Shown piece by piece: positions 47,901 through 61,200 of a DNA stretch of 64,000 nucleotides (the first letter of the stretch is position 1; each line of letters opens with the position of its first letter). A model generated the notes under the pieces. That model ran no database searches. It was not told the origin of the DNA and worked only from the letters and a program-made list of their open reading frames with translations. The position numbers and the translations under genes are program-made. The DNA comes from Phoronis australis (Eukaryota; Animalia; Phoronida), in NCBI GenBank assembly GCA_002633005.1, contig NMRA01000052.1, positions 610,722-674,721 on the forward strand. The letters are read 5' to 3'.

Positions 47901-47965
47901 TAGTATGGTACAGGGGTTCTACATTTTGATGCCCGTTATCCAGTAGAAAAATTGGTTTAAAAATT
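47901..47965. mobile_element. Hairpin MITE family, internally deleted or diverged copy
   Basis: ttttgatgcccgttatccagtagaaaaattggtt matches the family loop and right arm. Confidence 0.5.
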
Positions 47966-50900
47966 AAGTGCTTTACAGTGTAATGGAAATCTGAGGTCTT
48001 CAAAACTACGGTATTGTCAAAGGAATAAAGTTATGTTGGTACTATAATAGGACTTAACCCATAGAGTTCCCTCGAAGTTGTTGGACCATGAAATGGAGGT
48101 TCATTCTTTGGCACGATTCTGTTTGACGACGAGAATGCACCGAAAAAAACAGTTTGATAACAAAGTTAATTTTTCTTACAGTTTCATCGTGTGGATGAAG
48201 TTTTGGCAAAATTATTAAGTTAAGGTACTAGTATCTTCCTTTATTGTTTGGTGAAGCTAAGAATCTTTTCCGAAACTTATGGTTATGTAATGCACACCAA
48301 TATTATTTTATGAATTTATGTTAGTTTTACACAATGAACATGCATTTATTCCCTGGCTGTCTCTTGACAATAGCTTAAACTCTATTTGAAGCAATAATGT
48401 AATTATATCTACGTACTTCAAATAAACCTGAACCTGGCTTAATAGAAGACCCACAGCACAAGTTATATTTCTAAATGCTATTACACATGTTTAGAAGTAT
48501 TGGCTTACCTCTAATGCCTGGTTATTTATTGTCCTATTGTGTCTTGGAAACCTCCCATCATTGAGGACAGTCTTGTACAGAATGTCTATAGTGTTCTCTA
48601 TGGTGCCTTCATATACACAATACAAGGCTGTGCATGGCTTCATTAGATGGGGCTCCCCATGGGGGTCGTCCCTTTAGCTATCTGATGTACACACAGGGTT
48701 TTAGCTGACACCTTGGCGCTTGCCATTAGTGTTAGCAATAGAAAGTAGCAATTAAAATTATTTTCGGAACATGTTAGAATTTTTTTGATGTATGAAACTT
48801 CATACTAAATAATTGTTGGACGACATACCGGTTGGAAACGACTATATTTCATTGCTAAAGGAATTTGTTGCTTTTTCCACAAACTCATTAGACTAGTAAA
48901 CGAACAAGGTCATTCCATGGAGCGATAATTATCTCTTTGGCCTGTTTAGGCAACTTTTGAAAACCTGCAATGCGATTTTCTGCCTGTGCACGCAAGACCA
49001 CAGTCACCTGCTGGCTATGAAAATACTTTTCACCAGAAATAAGGTTTTGTGGAATCCAGTAACATCTTATTGTTTTTCAGTTTGTCCAAAGTGGTATACC
49101 GTTATCAAAAATACCTTTTGAAAAACGGAAACCCTTTTATGTGGTTAAACCAGATTTTTCCTGTTGATAACCATGTTGATGATGATATACAAATCCTTTT
49201 ATTTTTTGGCTGTTTCTGTGAGCACCCAGGCATTTTTATACTCTGCTTCGTTAGCTTGTTAGATATTCACAAATGACTAAATTCTACAAAAATTGAGAAT
49301 GAGCAAGTACACAAAGCTATTTTTCAGTCACGTTTAGGCATTAAATGGCTGGATTGTTTCCTCTTTCTTTCTGACCTGAAGGATTCGTGCCAGAGAAATA
49401 TTCTGAGGGCCGTTATTTATGATCTTCATAATTAAGTGTGGCTAGTTGTTTAATAGGCTCCAATAAATGCAGCCTTTTAAGTTATGATCATAAATCATAT
49501 GGCTTCATTTTATTATGCCTGGCAAAGCTTGTGTTATGCTTTGTTGGGAGCTATCTTTGGTTAGGAGTTGTTATCCACTGGTATGTGCCAGAACTCAAGA
49601 TTAAATTGTTTTCTGTTCATATTTTGACCTTAAAAAGCCCTAAATTTCACTGATATAGACTTCTTTTCAAATGCTGATGAAATTATTAGCTTCAATGTGT
49701 TTCTAAGCTTTCTTAATTTTCTTCAGGCAAATTCCATTACCAAAAAGATATGTAACTTAAGTTTAAAGAATGTTTTCTGACAAAGCCAACTTTGATTAAG
49801 GAAAATTTACAACTGAAAAAGTATTAATTTTAAATTAAAACGAATTTGCATCCTAAAATCAATTTCCACTTGACCTCTGGGTTTGTGAGCTAAGTGTCCC
49901 CGTCATTCATACGCCTGTCTGTGAGACCCTCACATGTGTAACATTGCAGACAGATGGTTTCCTAATTAATAAGCTTGTCCCATGATCAGTCATGTCTCTC
50001 CTAAATATCCTTATGATGGAAATATGCATGTTTGGCCCTCAAAGTAGATTCAATTGGTCCTGCTAGATTTAGCGTGGCATTTGGCAGACAGAGGTTGGCT
50101 CAGGTAATTGTTTGAAACACTTTGATTACAGGTATCTGACAAGGAAATGACAGGTGTCACAATCGTGAGTTTTATGTTAGTTGTCATCACCTGTGCTGTC
50201 CGTTTCTGTCACGGTCCCCATCCTCAGTTTTGAGTGTGTACATTTTGTTTTTCCATTTTCCCTTAAATGTTTTTAAAAAGTTCAATCTGCATAAATACAC
50301 AAGCACTGGTTTTGAGATATGTTCCAAGATATGTACTTAGTGATTCATGAATTAATATGTGATAGGCATGTGTTAGATATACTGTCAAAGATTTAAAATT
50401 TGTTACCAAACTAAAAATCGAGTCAAAAACTGACATTTTCCACAGGCTTACGGTAAAATCTCACCTATTTAGGACACAATACGGCAAAAATTTTATTCTC
50501 ATATTTTTCATAGACGACCCATAACAGCGAATTAATGCGCAAATTCTGGTGCATGGATTCCACCAGACAATGTTTTGATAAAGAATGGATGTTCACAGTG
50601 GTGTTAGAGGGCCTTGAAATAGGAGGAAAGACCAATTTTGACAATTCTTTTTTGTTCGAAATTGGCAAGATTTTGCCTCTACTAGATCATGATTGGCGTA
50701 TATACTGAAAGGTTTCCCATGTGTTGTTTACAGTGTTGCAGAACAAGTTATACTAGTTCATTAAGTTGGATCCTAGTATTGAAGGACAACTTTCTTAACC
50801 TTTGCTTTTGTTCGAAATTCTATTTACCTGTCAAACATGTGTTCTAAATCAATGGAGTATTTATCCTAAATTGATTGCTTGAAAGAATATGGTTTGTTTT

Positions 50901-53900
50901 ATTTTTCCAAATCTCCTACTGATATGACAAATACAATTTCGTCGCTGTGTTGAAATGAAAATGAGAACATGTGCAGTACATGTTTTAGAATGTCCTCAGT
51001 ATATCAATATTACAGATTCCAGTGGTTTTCGACATGGAAACATACGTTTTACTTTCTTGGTCTATGCAAAATCTAGGAATTGCAGCTATGACAAATTTGT
51101 GACCTTTCCACTTGCATTCTGGTGTTGTATGCAAATGATCAGAAAAGGTAGACACTAAAAAATTCCAGACCTCGCTTTGCTTCGCCTTGGCGGCATGAGT
51201 TAATGGATTTTAATTAAAAGGTTGAATTAAATTGTGGTGGTCGTATTTAATTAAATGCAAGGTGAAGGCGCATGGTCAGTGTTCTATAAATGCGCCTTGT
51301 GTTTTTTTACTAGGGAACTGTATAGGAGCCTGCAGGAATCTGTGTATTGTTTTTGACATTTTTGTGTAATTGATCCTCATCTGAGGTGTTCTGTGGCAGT
51401 TTGTTTGTCTTGTAGTTTGTGATCTTGAGGTTGACCAGTGACATGGTGTCTCCATGGTGTAACACCAGGTACCATACTACACTGAAGAGATTAAATTTCT
51501 TAAGATGAGTGATAGCTTTCTGTTCTTGCTGTTGGAAGTCAGTCGATTGTGGTAACTATGTGAGGACAATTTAGATCAGAATTTTTTAAAAGAGAATACT
51601 TTACATTTTATTACTCAGAATTACTACGATCCACTTTAGTGGCATATTTGGTAGTTACCGTAACTACACGAATGAAAAAGTACAACAAAATGGAATTTAC
51701 TTGTTGTAAAAATCAAATGATTAATTAGCAATATTGATATCTAATAACAATTGAAATTTTTAAACCCTCAGGATTGTTGGTTGTCCGGATGTAAATGGGT
51801 GCTGTAATATTATGAAGTGGCTGTAAACAGCAACCAGATCCTCGAGTCCATTGTCTCAGATGGTCACTCAGGTTTCCTCATTTGGTAAAGGATAACCTTG
51901 CAGGGATTAATTCAAACAAGTTAGAAACAGCATGAAATGCCTGTTGGTGGAACTTGAAATATTTTGTGTTTACTTACCCCTTCATACTCTTACTTATGTC
52001 TGTGGCTCTCAGCTTAAGAAATAATTTCTGTTATTTGTGGACCATGTCATTGCAGAGCATGTCATTATGGGGTTGGTTAAGTTTTGTAAGTTACCTTGTG
52101 CCTCTCCACGTATTTCGCACAAAAATAATTCTCAAAACAGTCACTTTTCCATTTTTTCAAAAGCTGATTACGTTTTTGCAAATAATTGGAGTTTCAACAA
52201 ATGTTGTATTAAGACGTCTACACTCCACAATCTATGCTTGTAGTAGACTAAAATATTCTTAATCTTTACTTTTGTGGAGAAATTTTACAAATTTAGAATT
52301 TTACTTGTCGGCCATGTCGTTTGCTAAATAAGTGAAGAATTTACTGTAAGCTTAGACATTGACGGCTGATTATTTCATCAAGTGGTTTGTTTTGCCTTAT
52401 ATCCAGTTTTTCTGGCATATTTTTTATTAATAACTTAACATAAAAACCATGTTTTACAACAAAACTGAGCTTACCTTTCTTATACTTGTATTATGGCCCT
52501 TTTGGCAGATTTTGAGCATCAATTCCTGAAAATAAATGAGAATTTCATGAATTCGATTGATTACCACAAAAGAATAACTGGACTGCATTCACGATTCATG
52601 ATTACACGATTGTTGTCTAGTGCAATGCAAGAACAAACTAGGTAGTGTTTTCTACACTATCTGTCTATAGCAAAATTACCCACTTAAAGGAACTGGATGT
52701 CAGGCTTCCGATTGATGTCGCCACAAATTTGGTCAAATTTTCGAGCCCCCACTAAATGGGCAGCTGTCCTAATTTTCCAGCTTCACACCATCATCACAAA
52801 TATAGTCAAGCCCTCCCCATCCGAACTGAAGTAATTCGCTTTCCTTGTTTTTTATAAAAAAACTTGTTCTGAACAGGCTACAGAGACACGTAGCTGTAAA
52901 AAACTCCATTTCGAAGTCACCATGGTGATCGCAAACTTGTGCTGTTGGCCCTTATATCTGTTTCACTATTTTCGTTTATAAAACGTTCATTGTTTTACGA
53001 GCATTTACACATTGTTCATTGACATTTATGAAATCTCTTTCTATTGTTGGCTATATTGATATCAGATGGAACTGGTGTATTGATTGTATAGTGGCAGGCA
53101 TGTTTGTTCTTTTGTCGCCATACCACTTCACAGTCTGTGGTGGTGTTATTTATTGTGACTCTTTTTGTTATTCTGTTATTCAAGGTTAAATCACATCTTT
53201 CACTTTGATCCTTATTGTGAATCATTCTCACTCTTCAAAGTCGGCTGGTCCTGTGTACTTAGAAACTTCCTATGAGTAATTATAATAATATATTATTTGC
53301 AGTAATTGTTCTGTTGGTTAGTACAATCAAATATTTCACACACGGCCTTTCATATCATTACTGCGTATGCAAATTTTTGATACTGGGTCGAGTATTCTAG
53401 ATCATCAAAGAACCATAATAAGAGACTCAAAAACCATGTTGTTTGTTTGAAATTTTCTTTTTACGTAATAAAACGATAAATTCTTGTTGTCCTCAAAACT
53501 TGTACATAAAATATATGTGAAACGAATCTTTTTTCTGAACAGTAGTTCATCTTTTCTTTTATTATGATTTGAGTGCACATCACATATCGTTTTTATTCCC
53601 CCTAACCTTGTTACATGGTAGTACTGGGCTCTGCATCTAAACATAATGAATGACTGTGTAATGAAACCTTAAGGTCTACCATGCTAAGGTAATGAAGCTA
53701 GTTAGATGAACATTGCCAATGCTCATTTTCAACCTCATCTGCTACTTGTCTGTGAGTGCTGGGAGATTGTCCTGCTGACTTTGTTGTCTTGTCTCATTAC
53801 TGAGGCCCTCTGGTGGGATGATTTGATAACCTGCTGTCATGGAGTGTGGCGGCCATTGTTGTTTGGTGATTCCAATGTGTGTAGCCAAAGAAATGTAATT

Positions 53901-56900
53901 AAATTGGGTCTTTATGCATTTCCAAAGTCACAATATCTTTCTTGTGACGGGAATGATTATTAGCAATAGTTTCCATCCGTTTTGTGTTTGTACACCTGAT
54001 GATAAACTACTTAGTTTGCCATGTTTCCTGTGTTATGAACTGTTCTGAGACGCCTATTTGACACATCACTAAATACCATTTGACGATGCAGTGAATGTTA
54101 GGTTGCTACATGCTTTTAAAAATACATACATGTGGAACAATTCTGAACACATTAGCATTTTTATAAGGTCTTGGTATTGCATGCCATGGTTTTTGAAATT
54201 AAATTAAAAGGGTAGAAATGAGTAGGAACTTGAGGGAGGTTAAAATCCTTTTTAGTAGCAAAAATATTTTCACTCATTGCAGTGATGTAAGAAAATTCCA
54301 TTGTGCAAAAGAATAGAAAATAAAAACTCTTTTACTGGAGCACACTGGGAAACAAGAAAGATGGCCTAACTAAATACATAAATTACCCATCATTAGCTAA
54401 GTAAACCCTCCTACAATGAGGAACTGCCACCAGCTGCCTTCACCAAATTTATTGATGGCATGTGTAATAATTGACACCTTGGTTAAAAGATTGAAATAAT
54501 TATCTCATCTTAACAACATCCGTATGAGCAAGACCATCTCAGTTTTGGAAGTTTACAAAGGAAAGACTTTTTTGGCAAAAACCATTAAAACCAACAGTTT
54601 CTGTTTAAACCAGATTGTTTTAGCTCATGATGGCTGATTGCAGCATTGGACAGGAGCCATAACTAACATTGATGGGAATGAGCAAATGATATTTCAGTCC
54701 TCATGGGTTTCAGAACTTGACTTTTAACAGCTGTGTTTGTTATGTAAGCTCAACACAGTGTGGCGCACTGATGGAGAAATCCATCAAACTGGTCTCTACA
54801 CACTCCTGCAGCTTGTGCCTGCTTGGTTTGGCTCCTCAGCCTAGCTTGTTGATTTTACATGATTTTATTGTTTTTACTAATTAAGTGAGGAGGTTTCTCC
54901 CAGATTAAGCTGGTTGGTCTGCTTAGGCAATAATATTTATTCCTCCAGTTGTTTGTTGTTGGCATTAATTTGAGTTAGGTAAAAGATTTCTTGCAAAATT
55001 CAGCCTCTAGGGTGTCTTAAGCAGGGAGTGTGCAGAACTCGGTTGACCGAACTCTTTCAAGTCATCGCATTTAGCAAGCTCTTAGATTACTACATTTTCA
55101 CTTTTCTTCCAGAGCCAATCAGGCTTGCGGAATTAGTTTCAGAATTACCTCTACTTAGTTCTGAGAAAATATTCAACAAAGATCTGTTGTCCTGATTGGT
55201 CCGTTCAAATAATATTTACCTTACTCTTTGTTGGGTTTTCTGATGAGGCTCAGATCACTAAGTCGTACTTGAAAATCTTGACACTTTTATTTTGATTTTA
55301 TTCAATTAGTGTGTTATTAAGTAATGACTGTATTCCAAAATTTTGTACACTTCTCTTGCACATCTGCCGAGTATATTTGAAAATGAATTTTAGATCTATG
55401 TCAAAACATTCAAATAGATGAAGCTAACGATTGTCTCCTTGGGAAAAACTGTACATGAAATTCCCGCCGGAGTTATTACCAAATTTTAGTTCATATCAAC
55501 TGGCATGTCCCTCTTAATCTCTGATTTATCAACAGCCCCTGAGCTCACAGCCACTTCAGTGGTATTATAGCTTTTGTATTGAAAATTAGTTTTTCTTCTT
55601 AGCCTTACCAAGTGTCAAACACAGGTAATACTTAGTCTTTGGTTTAACCCTGTATTATTACCTGAAGTGTCCAGTCTAATGTATGGGCCACTTCAACTAG
55701 ATTCTTCACTCACAAATCAAACAGTGCCTTAAGTGTAGAGGGCCCTCAACTGCGTTGGCCTGCGATGAAATATTGGTCATAGAAAGTGAAGTATTTAACA
55801 TCTCAAACTGGCTCTGGGGATGTCAAGAGATTTTCACTCAAAATCCAGTGCTGTAGTATCGGAATAAATAGTATCATTGACTTGGTCTCCAGTGGAATAG
55901 TGAGTTCCACATGGGGCACTGTCAGTACTGACTGTGGTAATTTTTCCTGTGTCGTTTCCATTTCCAACGAGATTTTTGAAACCAATAGTGACTCAAGAAA
56001 ATTGGGATTAGCTAACCCTGAAATTGTGAATTTGATAATGGCGCATGTATGCTTTGCCTATGACTTGATTGGCTGGCTCATTCGGCGACAGTTAGTGATT
56101 GGATGAGAAAGGTGATGATTTTAAACCCCAAAGCACTTCAGTTAAGAATCCAACAGTGGCTGCAAAACAGTGGCAAAATGTTGTCTATGTTGTTGACACG
56201 TGTTTTTCGTGAAAGTTGAACGTTTCAAAGCCGTATTCAAAGCACAGATTTCACTGTCAAGATCAGAAATACAATAGACTAAGCTCCTGGGCTAATGCAA
56301 TAGTTGCTATACTCCACACAATAGGGCCTACAGTCGTAAAATCATGAAACAGGCCTCTTTGCAGCAGCAGGGTTAATTAGTTCATAGTACCTTGAAACCG
56401 GTTGTGTTTCTAATGAGTCCCTACCAACCACATCTTCTTATGGGAGAACCCCTTGGTATTGTCCGTTTGTGGACATTAATAAGTATGGTGCACCACTCAC
56501 AAAATCCTGATTTCGCCCGAATTAGATGGGGTGTGACTGCCGTGCAATACTGTTTCAAAGTGCTGAAAGAATTTCAGGTCAGTGCGGTCTATTGACTTGA
56601 GAATGCCAAGTTATTGGTGGGCTGAACCCAATATGTACAGTGATCAAGTGATTTATTGATTACACAGTTATGCACTGTTGCAGTATATGGCTGAAAACTT
56701 GATGTGAAACAGGCGAATGAATTTCTGTAACTCTGAATTTGGAGAAAGTGCCGATATACGTTGGTGGATTTTTGGGGGCCCTCGACCATTAAAATGCAAC
56801 TGGCATGCCATTTTTAGGGGCAACGTGAACACGTTTACTTTAAAAATTTTGGTTGGCCTCCCTGTGATATCCTAGATCGGCCCGTGCGATAAAACTATTC

Positions 56901-58065
56901 AAAGCTCAAATACGATATGTTGATTGCAAGATGCTGGTTAAGTATTATTGTCGAAATTCCCAAAACCATATTAAACTTTTACTTGTGATTGAAATATTGG
57001 GAGTCTTTTTGCTGTTATACTCAAACGAATGAGACCTGTTGCTCAAGTTAAATCACTTTACTTGTATTACCAATAGAGTTTGTGTCCATGTAAAAAATTC
57101 ACAAACTCCGACACCCAACATTCTGCTTACCTTCATCCTTTGAACACTGAGTCACCAACAGATGTCAGTGTGTAGAAACCTATTTGCAATCCACTACAGA
57201 CCACATTGGAGACTATGAACCATTTTTTCTACCTGTGGTTGTTATGAATCTGCTCTGAGAGTTCCTCAGGACACCCCATCCTGTCCAGCACTCTGCTGTA
57301 CTGTCCAGTCCTATCACACAACATCAAAAGAGTACACACCTCTCAATAAAAACACTGATCTATCGATAATCAATCTTTGTTCATTGTTCATCGAAATTAG
57401 ATTTGGCCAGGAGAGCAACTCTGGCCAAGCCAATATGCTTGTGGCAGGACAAACCATTGATCTTCATTCGCGACGAAACAATAGGACTAACCCCGATCTA
57501 TCAGCTGGGTGGGGGAAGTGACCTATGTGCGTGTGTGCGGCTAACACAAAAGATTTTTTGATCTGTATGTTACTCAATAGGGGTTAGAGAATTTTGTTTA
57601 CCAGGTGCGGTAGCTACAAATAGAGTTGCCAGAAGAGTGTATTAGGAACACTGACCTCCAAGTGTCCAGCACTAGGTTTTTCAGTGCAGTTTTGTTGATT
57701 TTCATTCCAGTCACTTGGACATTACATATTACATTGGTCTTGTGCTCTCTTTGCCACAGCTTAGTTTAATCTCGGACAAAATTAATTATCAAAATTGCCT
57801 TTTGTTCTATTTCAAAGGTTCCTGACATTGTTGTGAGTGCCCACAGTTTTTTAAAATGTCTGATGGTAGATGAAATACCTTTGGAGACTGAAAAGGCCTT
57901 TATTGTTGCTGCTTTTCTTTTTTGAAAAAGAAGTGGAAAATAAAATTTTTCCTGTCTGTCATTTTGTGACCTAAATTGGTGAGATTTTACCTCAACTACA
58001 AGTAACTTTTATTGAAATTTCTCGTTATCAATACCAGTTACCTGTTCAACACAGTTTATACACTG

Positions 58066-58245
58066 TATTCCTGCAGTCGACATTTTAAAAGTGAGCCTCT
58101 TTTTAGGTTTTAAAAACAATGCATTTTACGCTTAAATACAGCCCAGAGTGTGACTTTTTCGCATGCCTCGATATATTCATGTCTCACATGCATTGTTTTT
58201 AAAGCTAAAAAGAGGCTCACTACTAAAATGGTGACTGCGTGAATA
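58066..58245. mobile_element. MITE-like element with ~58-bp inverted arms
   Basis: tattc.tgcagtc.acatttta.aagtgagcctctttttag.ttttaaaaacaatgcat pairs with atgcattgtttttaaagctaaaaagaggctcactactaaaatggtgactgc.tgaata; ends in TA on both sides; ~63-bp spacer. Confidence 0.8.
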
Positions 58246-61200
58246 AGGCCTATTACCATACCAGTTTCAGTGAAAGCTCAGTGTTGATTTAACAGTCCAT
58301 GTCTGAATTTCTAGTAATTTCACAGTTTATTGTCCAGTTCTGCTTGATGTCCTTTTCCCACCAACTCCCTAACTCTCTTATTTTGAACAGTTTCAGTAGT
58401 TGAGATAGTGCAACTCTAACCAAAGCAGTTGCTGGAGGTCAGGACAGATAGTCAAATGTACCATCTGGTGTAATCCAGAGAACTGCATGAATATATAGTC
58501 AGTGGGAAAGAAACTGAAGTTTTCATAATGGGAAAGCATTATTACTCAATTTAAATTGATCACCTTACACTGTGCGTTAACTTGAACGACTGTGGTAGAC
58601 GAACGGCATTAGAACCAACTGACACCCCTGCATGGGGCATTTTTATCGAGTCCTAGGTACACTAGCATACCTGTGACAATACAGTATTGTTTTAAGTGGT
58701 TTGTTTATTGAAACATTTTTGTCATTGCATGCTCACCATTTGTCAATAGGAAATCAGCACTGATCCGAGAAGTCAAAACATTGTTACTGCAGTCAATGCA
58801 TTGCTGTTCAGCCAACAGTATACTCATTTATCTGGTGGGGTCTCAGTGTAATTACAGGTAAACTCTATAGTCTCCAGGTAGGAATGAGATCTTTCCCAGG
58901 AACTATTAAATTGTACATTTTCTTAATTTCCGCTTTTACAAACTGTCAAAACAATTTTCGAACAGTCATCAGTCCGAACACAAATTTAGCTTGAAAGTTG
59001 CATGTATGATCTTTTCACAATGTTTGCAGCAAACCATCACTAAACATGGTTATATTGCTGCCCAACTCAGTTGGAATTTCCGAATTGATTTTTGTAAATT
59101 GCTGAAAAAAAGTTCATTGCTATATGAACCAAACATTTATGATATAATTGCTATATGACCATCTGCAAACACCATACACCAAAGCATATGATATTTACAT
59201 GTTTGCATAAGTGATGCATGTTTGAAAATAAATCATCTAAAGCCATCTCAGCTGTTTGCACTTAACCCCAATTACTCTGTTTATTACTTGACTGTTGGAT
59301 AAAGACAACCTAGGACCAACAGCAGAGGCCATATGCCCGCCAAATTCACTATTCTCAAATCCTGATTTTGTTCAGTTCAACCTGCTTTATCCACACGCAT
59401 TAAAAAGTTTGTTTCTTACTGCTGTACACCTCATTGTGATTAATTGGTTGCTTGTTTTATTAAATTATCGCTGGGGTTACGGTAAAAAAACCTCCAGTAA
59501 GGTACACAGTGTGGCGTACAGGTAAAATTTATTGTCTTAACTCCGAATTTGATTCTGGGCATAAACATGACGTTCTTTCTGCAACACTTTTTACATAATG
59601 CATATTCAGATGGGTAGTTTACAAAGTGTAACTCGTATAATTAAATTATATTTTTCCTGCTTGAGAAATATTGGTGTGGTAAACAAGATTGAAGCTGACA
59701 CCTGGTGGAAGCATTTTAGCAATAACGGTTGTAAGACATTGACTAAATATTATCATACACACACGGGATTTACTACAGGTCAATTGAATCTCTTAGACTA
59801 CTTCATAACATGTTTTAAATGTACACTCATGCTGTTTTCTTTAAAACAGTCGACTGGCTACTCACCATTGGTAAGCCTGTTTTTCTAGACTTCCATAGTG
59901 TGTTTGATTCAATGGTGCAAATGTTTTCTTTCACTTTCCACAGCACTTGTCTTGATACATCAGTTGGTTTAAATGTCTGCTCTAGGAAACTAGGATTAAA
60001 ACTGTTAACTAACAGTAATGTGTGGAAACTCCCTGCAGATTTCTAGATCAGCACAATATAATTTGATTTTTCGCAAGATAATCCCTACACGTGAACAAGA
60101 GCATTTCTTCTCCATGACTTTGGTTTGTTATTTTTGACCTTATCTCGGGATCATTCTTTCTTTTAGTCAGTTGGAAATCCTGAATGCTCTTTTTGTGCAC
60201 TTAACTCCAGGTTATTAGTGGTAGCGTTTCACTCCATTCAGGTGATGTAAAAAGCTACCATTCTTCAGTATGCCATGGTCCCCAGCATGGATGAATGTTC
60301 CACTGCAAGCATTTCCTTTCTAATACAAGAACAAAGTATTGAATTGACTGGTTTATGAAACCTTTGTATTAGGGTGTTTCAAGGTTCATTTGCTGATAAC
60401 AAATCCTTTGAAGTGAAATGTTGGCCATGTTTTGAAAACATTGCACATTCCTTCATTTATACATCATTTGGCCTTTGTGTATGCATAATAATTTGAATGT
60501 TATAAAGATTTTGATTTTGATTCTGTGCAACGATGATCTCATGTTGCGACAGGTCTTATTCATACGATGAAATTCCCACGCCTGTTTCCTGCAGCTGTCC
60601 ATTTAGTTTTTAAAACAGTGAGATATACAATCAAATCTACGGCGTATGAATATTCTGTAATCTGATTTGGAACGTAAACCCATATCAACAAGTAAAGCTA
60701 CATTCTTTTCAGGAGGTTTCTCTTCCCACTTCTTGAAAATTGCTTTAGATTTTACCACTTGTGTAAAGGTTACGTTAGCTTATCAAAACATCCATACGTT
60801 TTTGTCGATTTCGAAAGAAAAGGAAATTTACAGACTTCATTTCTTCACTGAATTTATAGAATTTACTATATTTTTCTGCGAAGATGTGTTTTTTAAGCCA
60901 CCTATGATTAGCATAGTTTTAAGTTGTAGTATAGTTTAGTACTAAAAGTTCAGTAAAATATTAGTATTTAACAATTAATTATCATAAGGTAAACAGTTAT
61001 TACTCATTTGCATTTTGATATTAATTTGGTAATATTTACCTATGGTGCTTTCTAGCTACCATGCTTCCAAGAAAATGATGGATTTCTCAGCTTGCCCACA
61101 TCTCACCCTGTCTTAGTCCATTAAGACTTAATCCTGTCAGGAAGGTATCAACACTGCAGTCTATCTATTTAATCCTCTTGGGTTCCTAATTCTTATTGAC

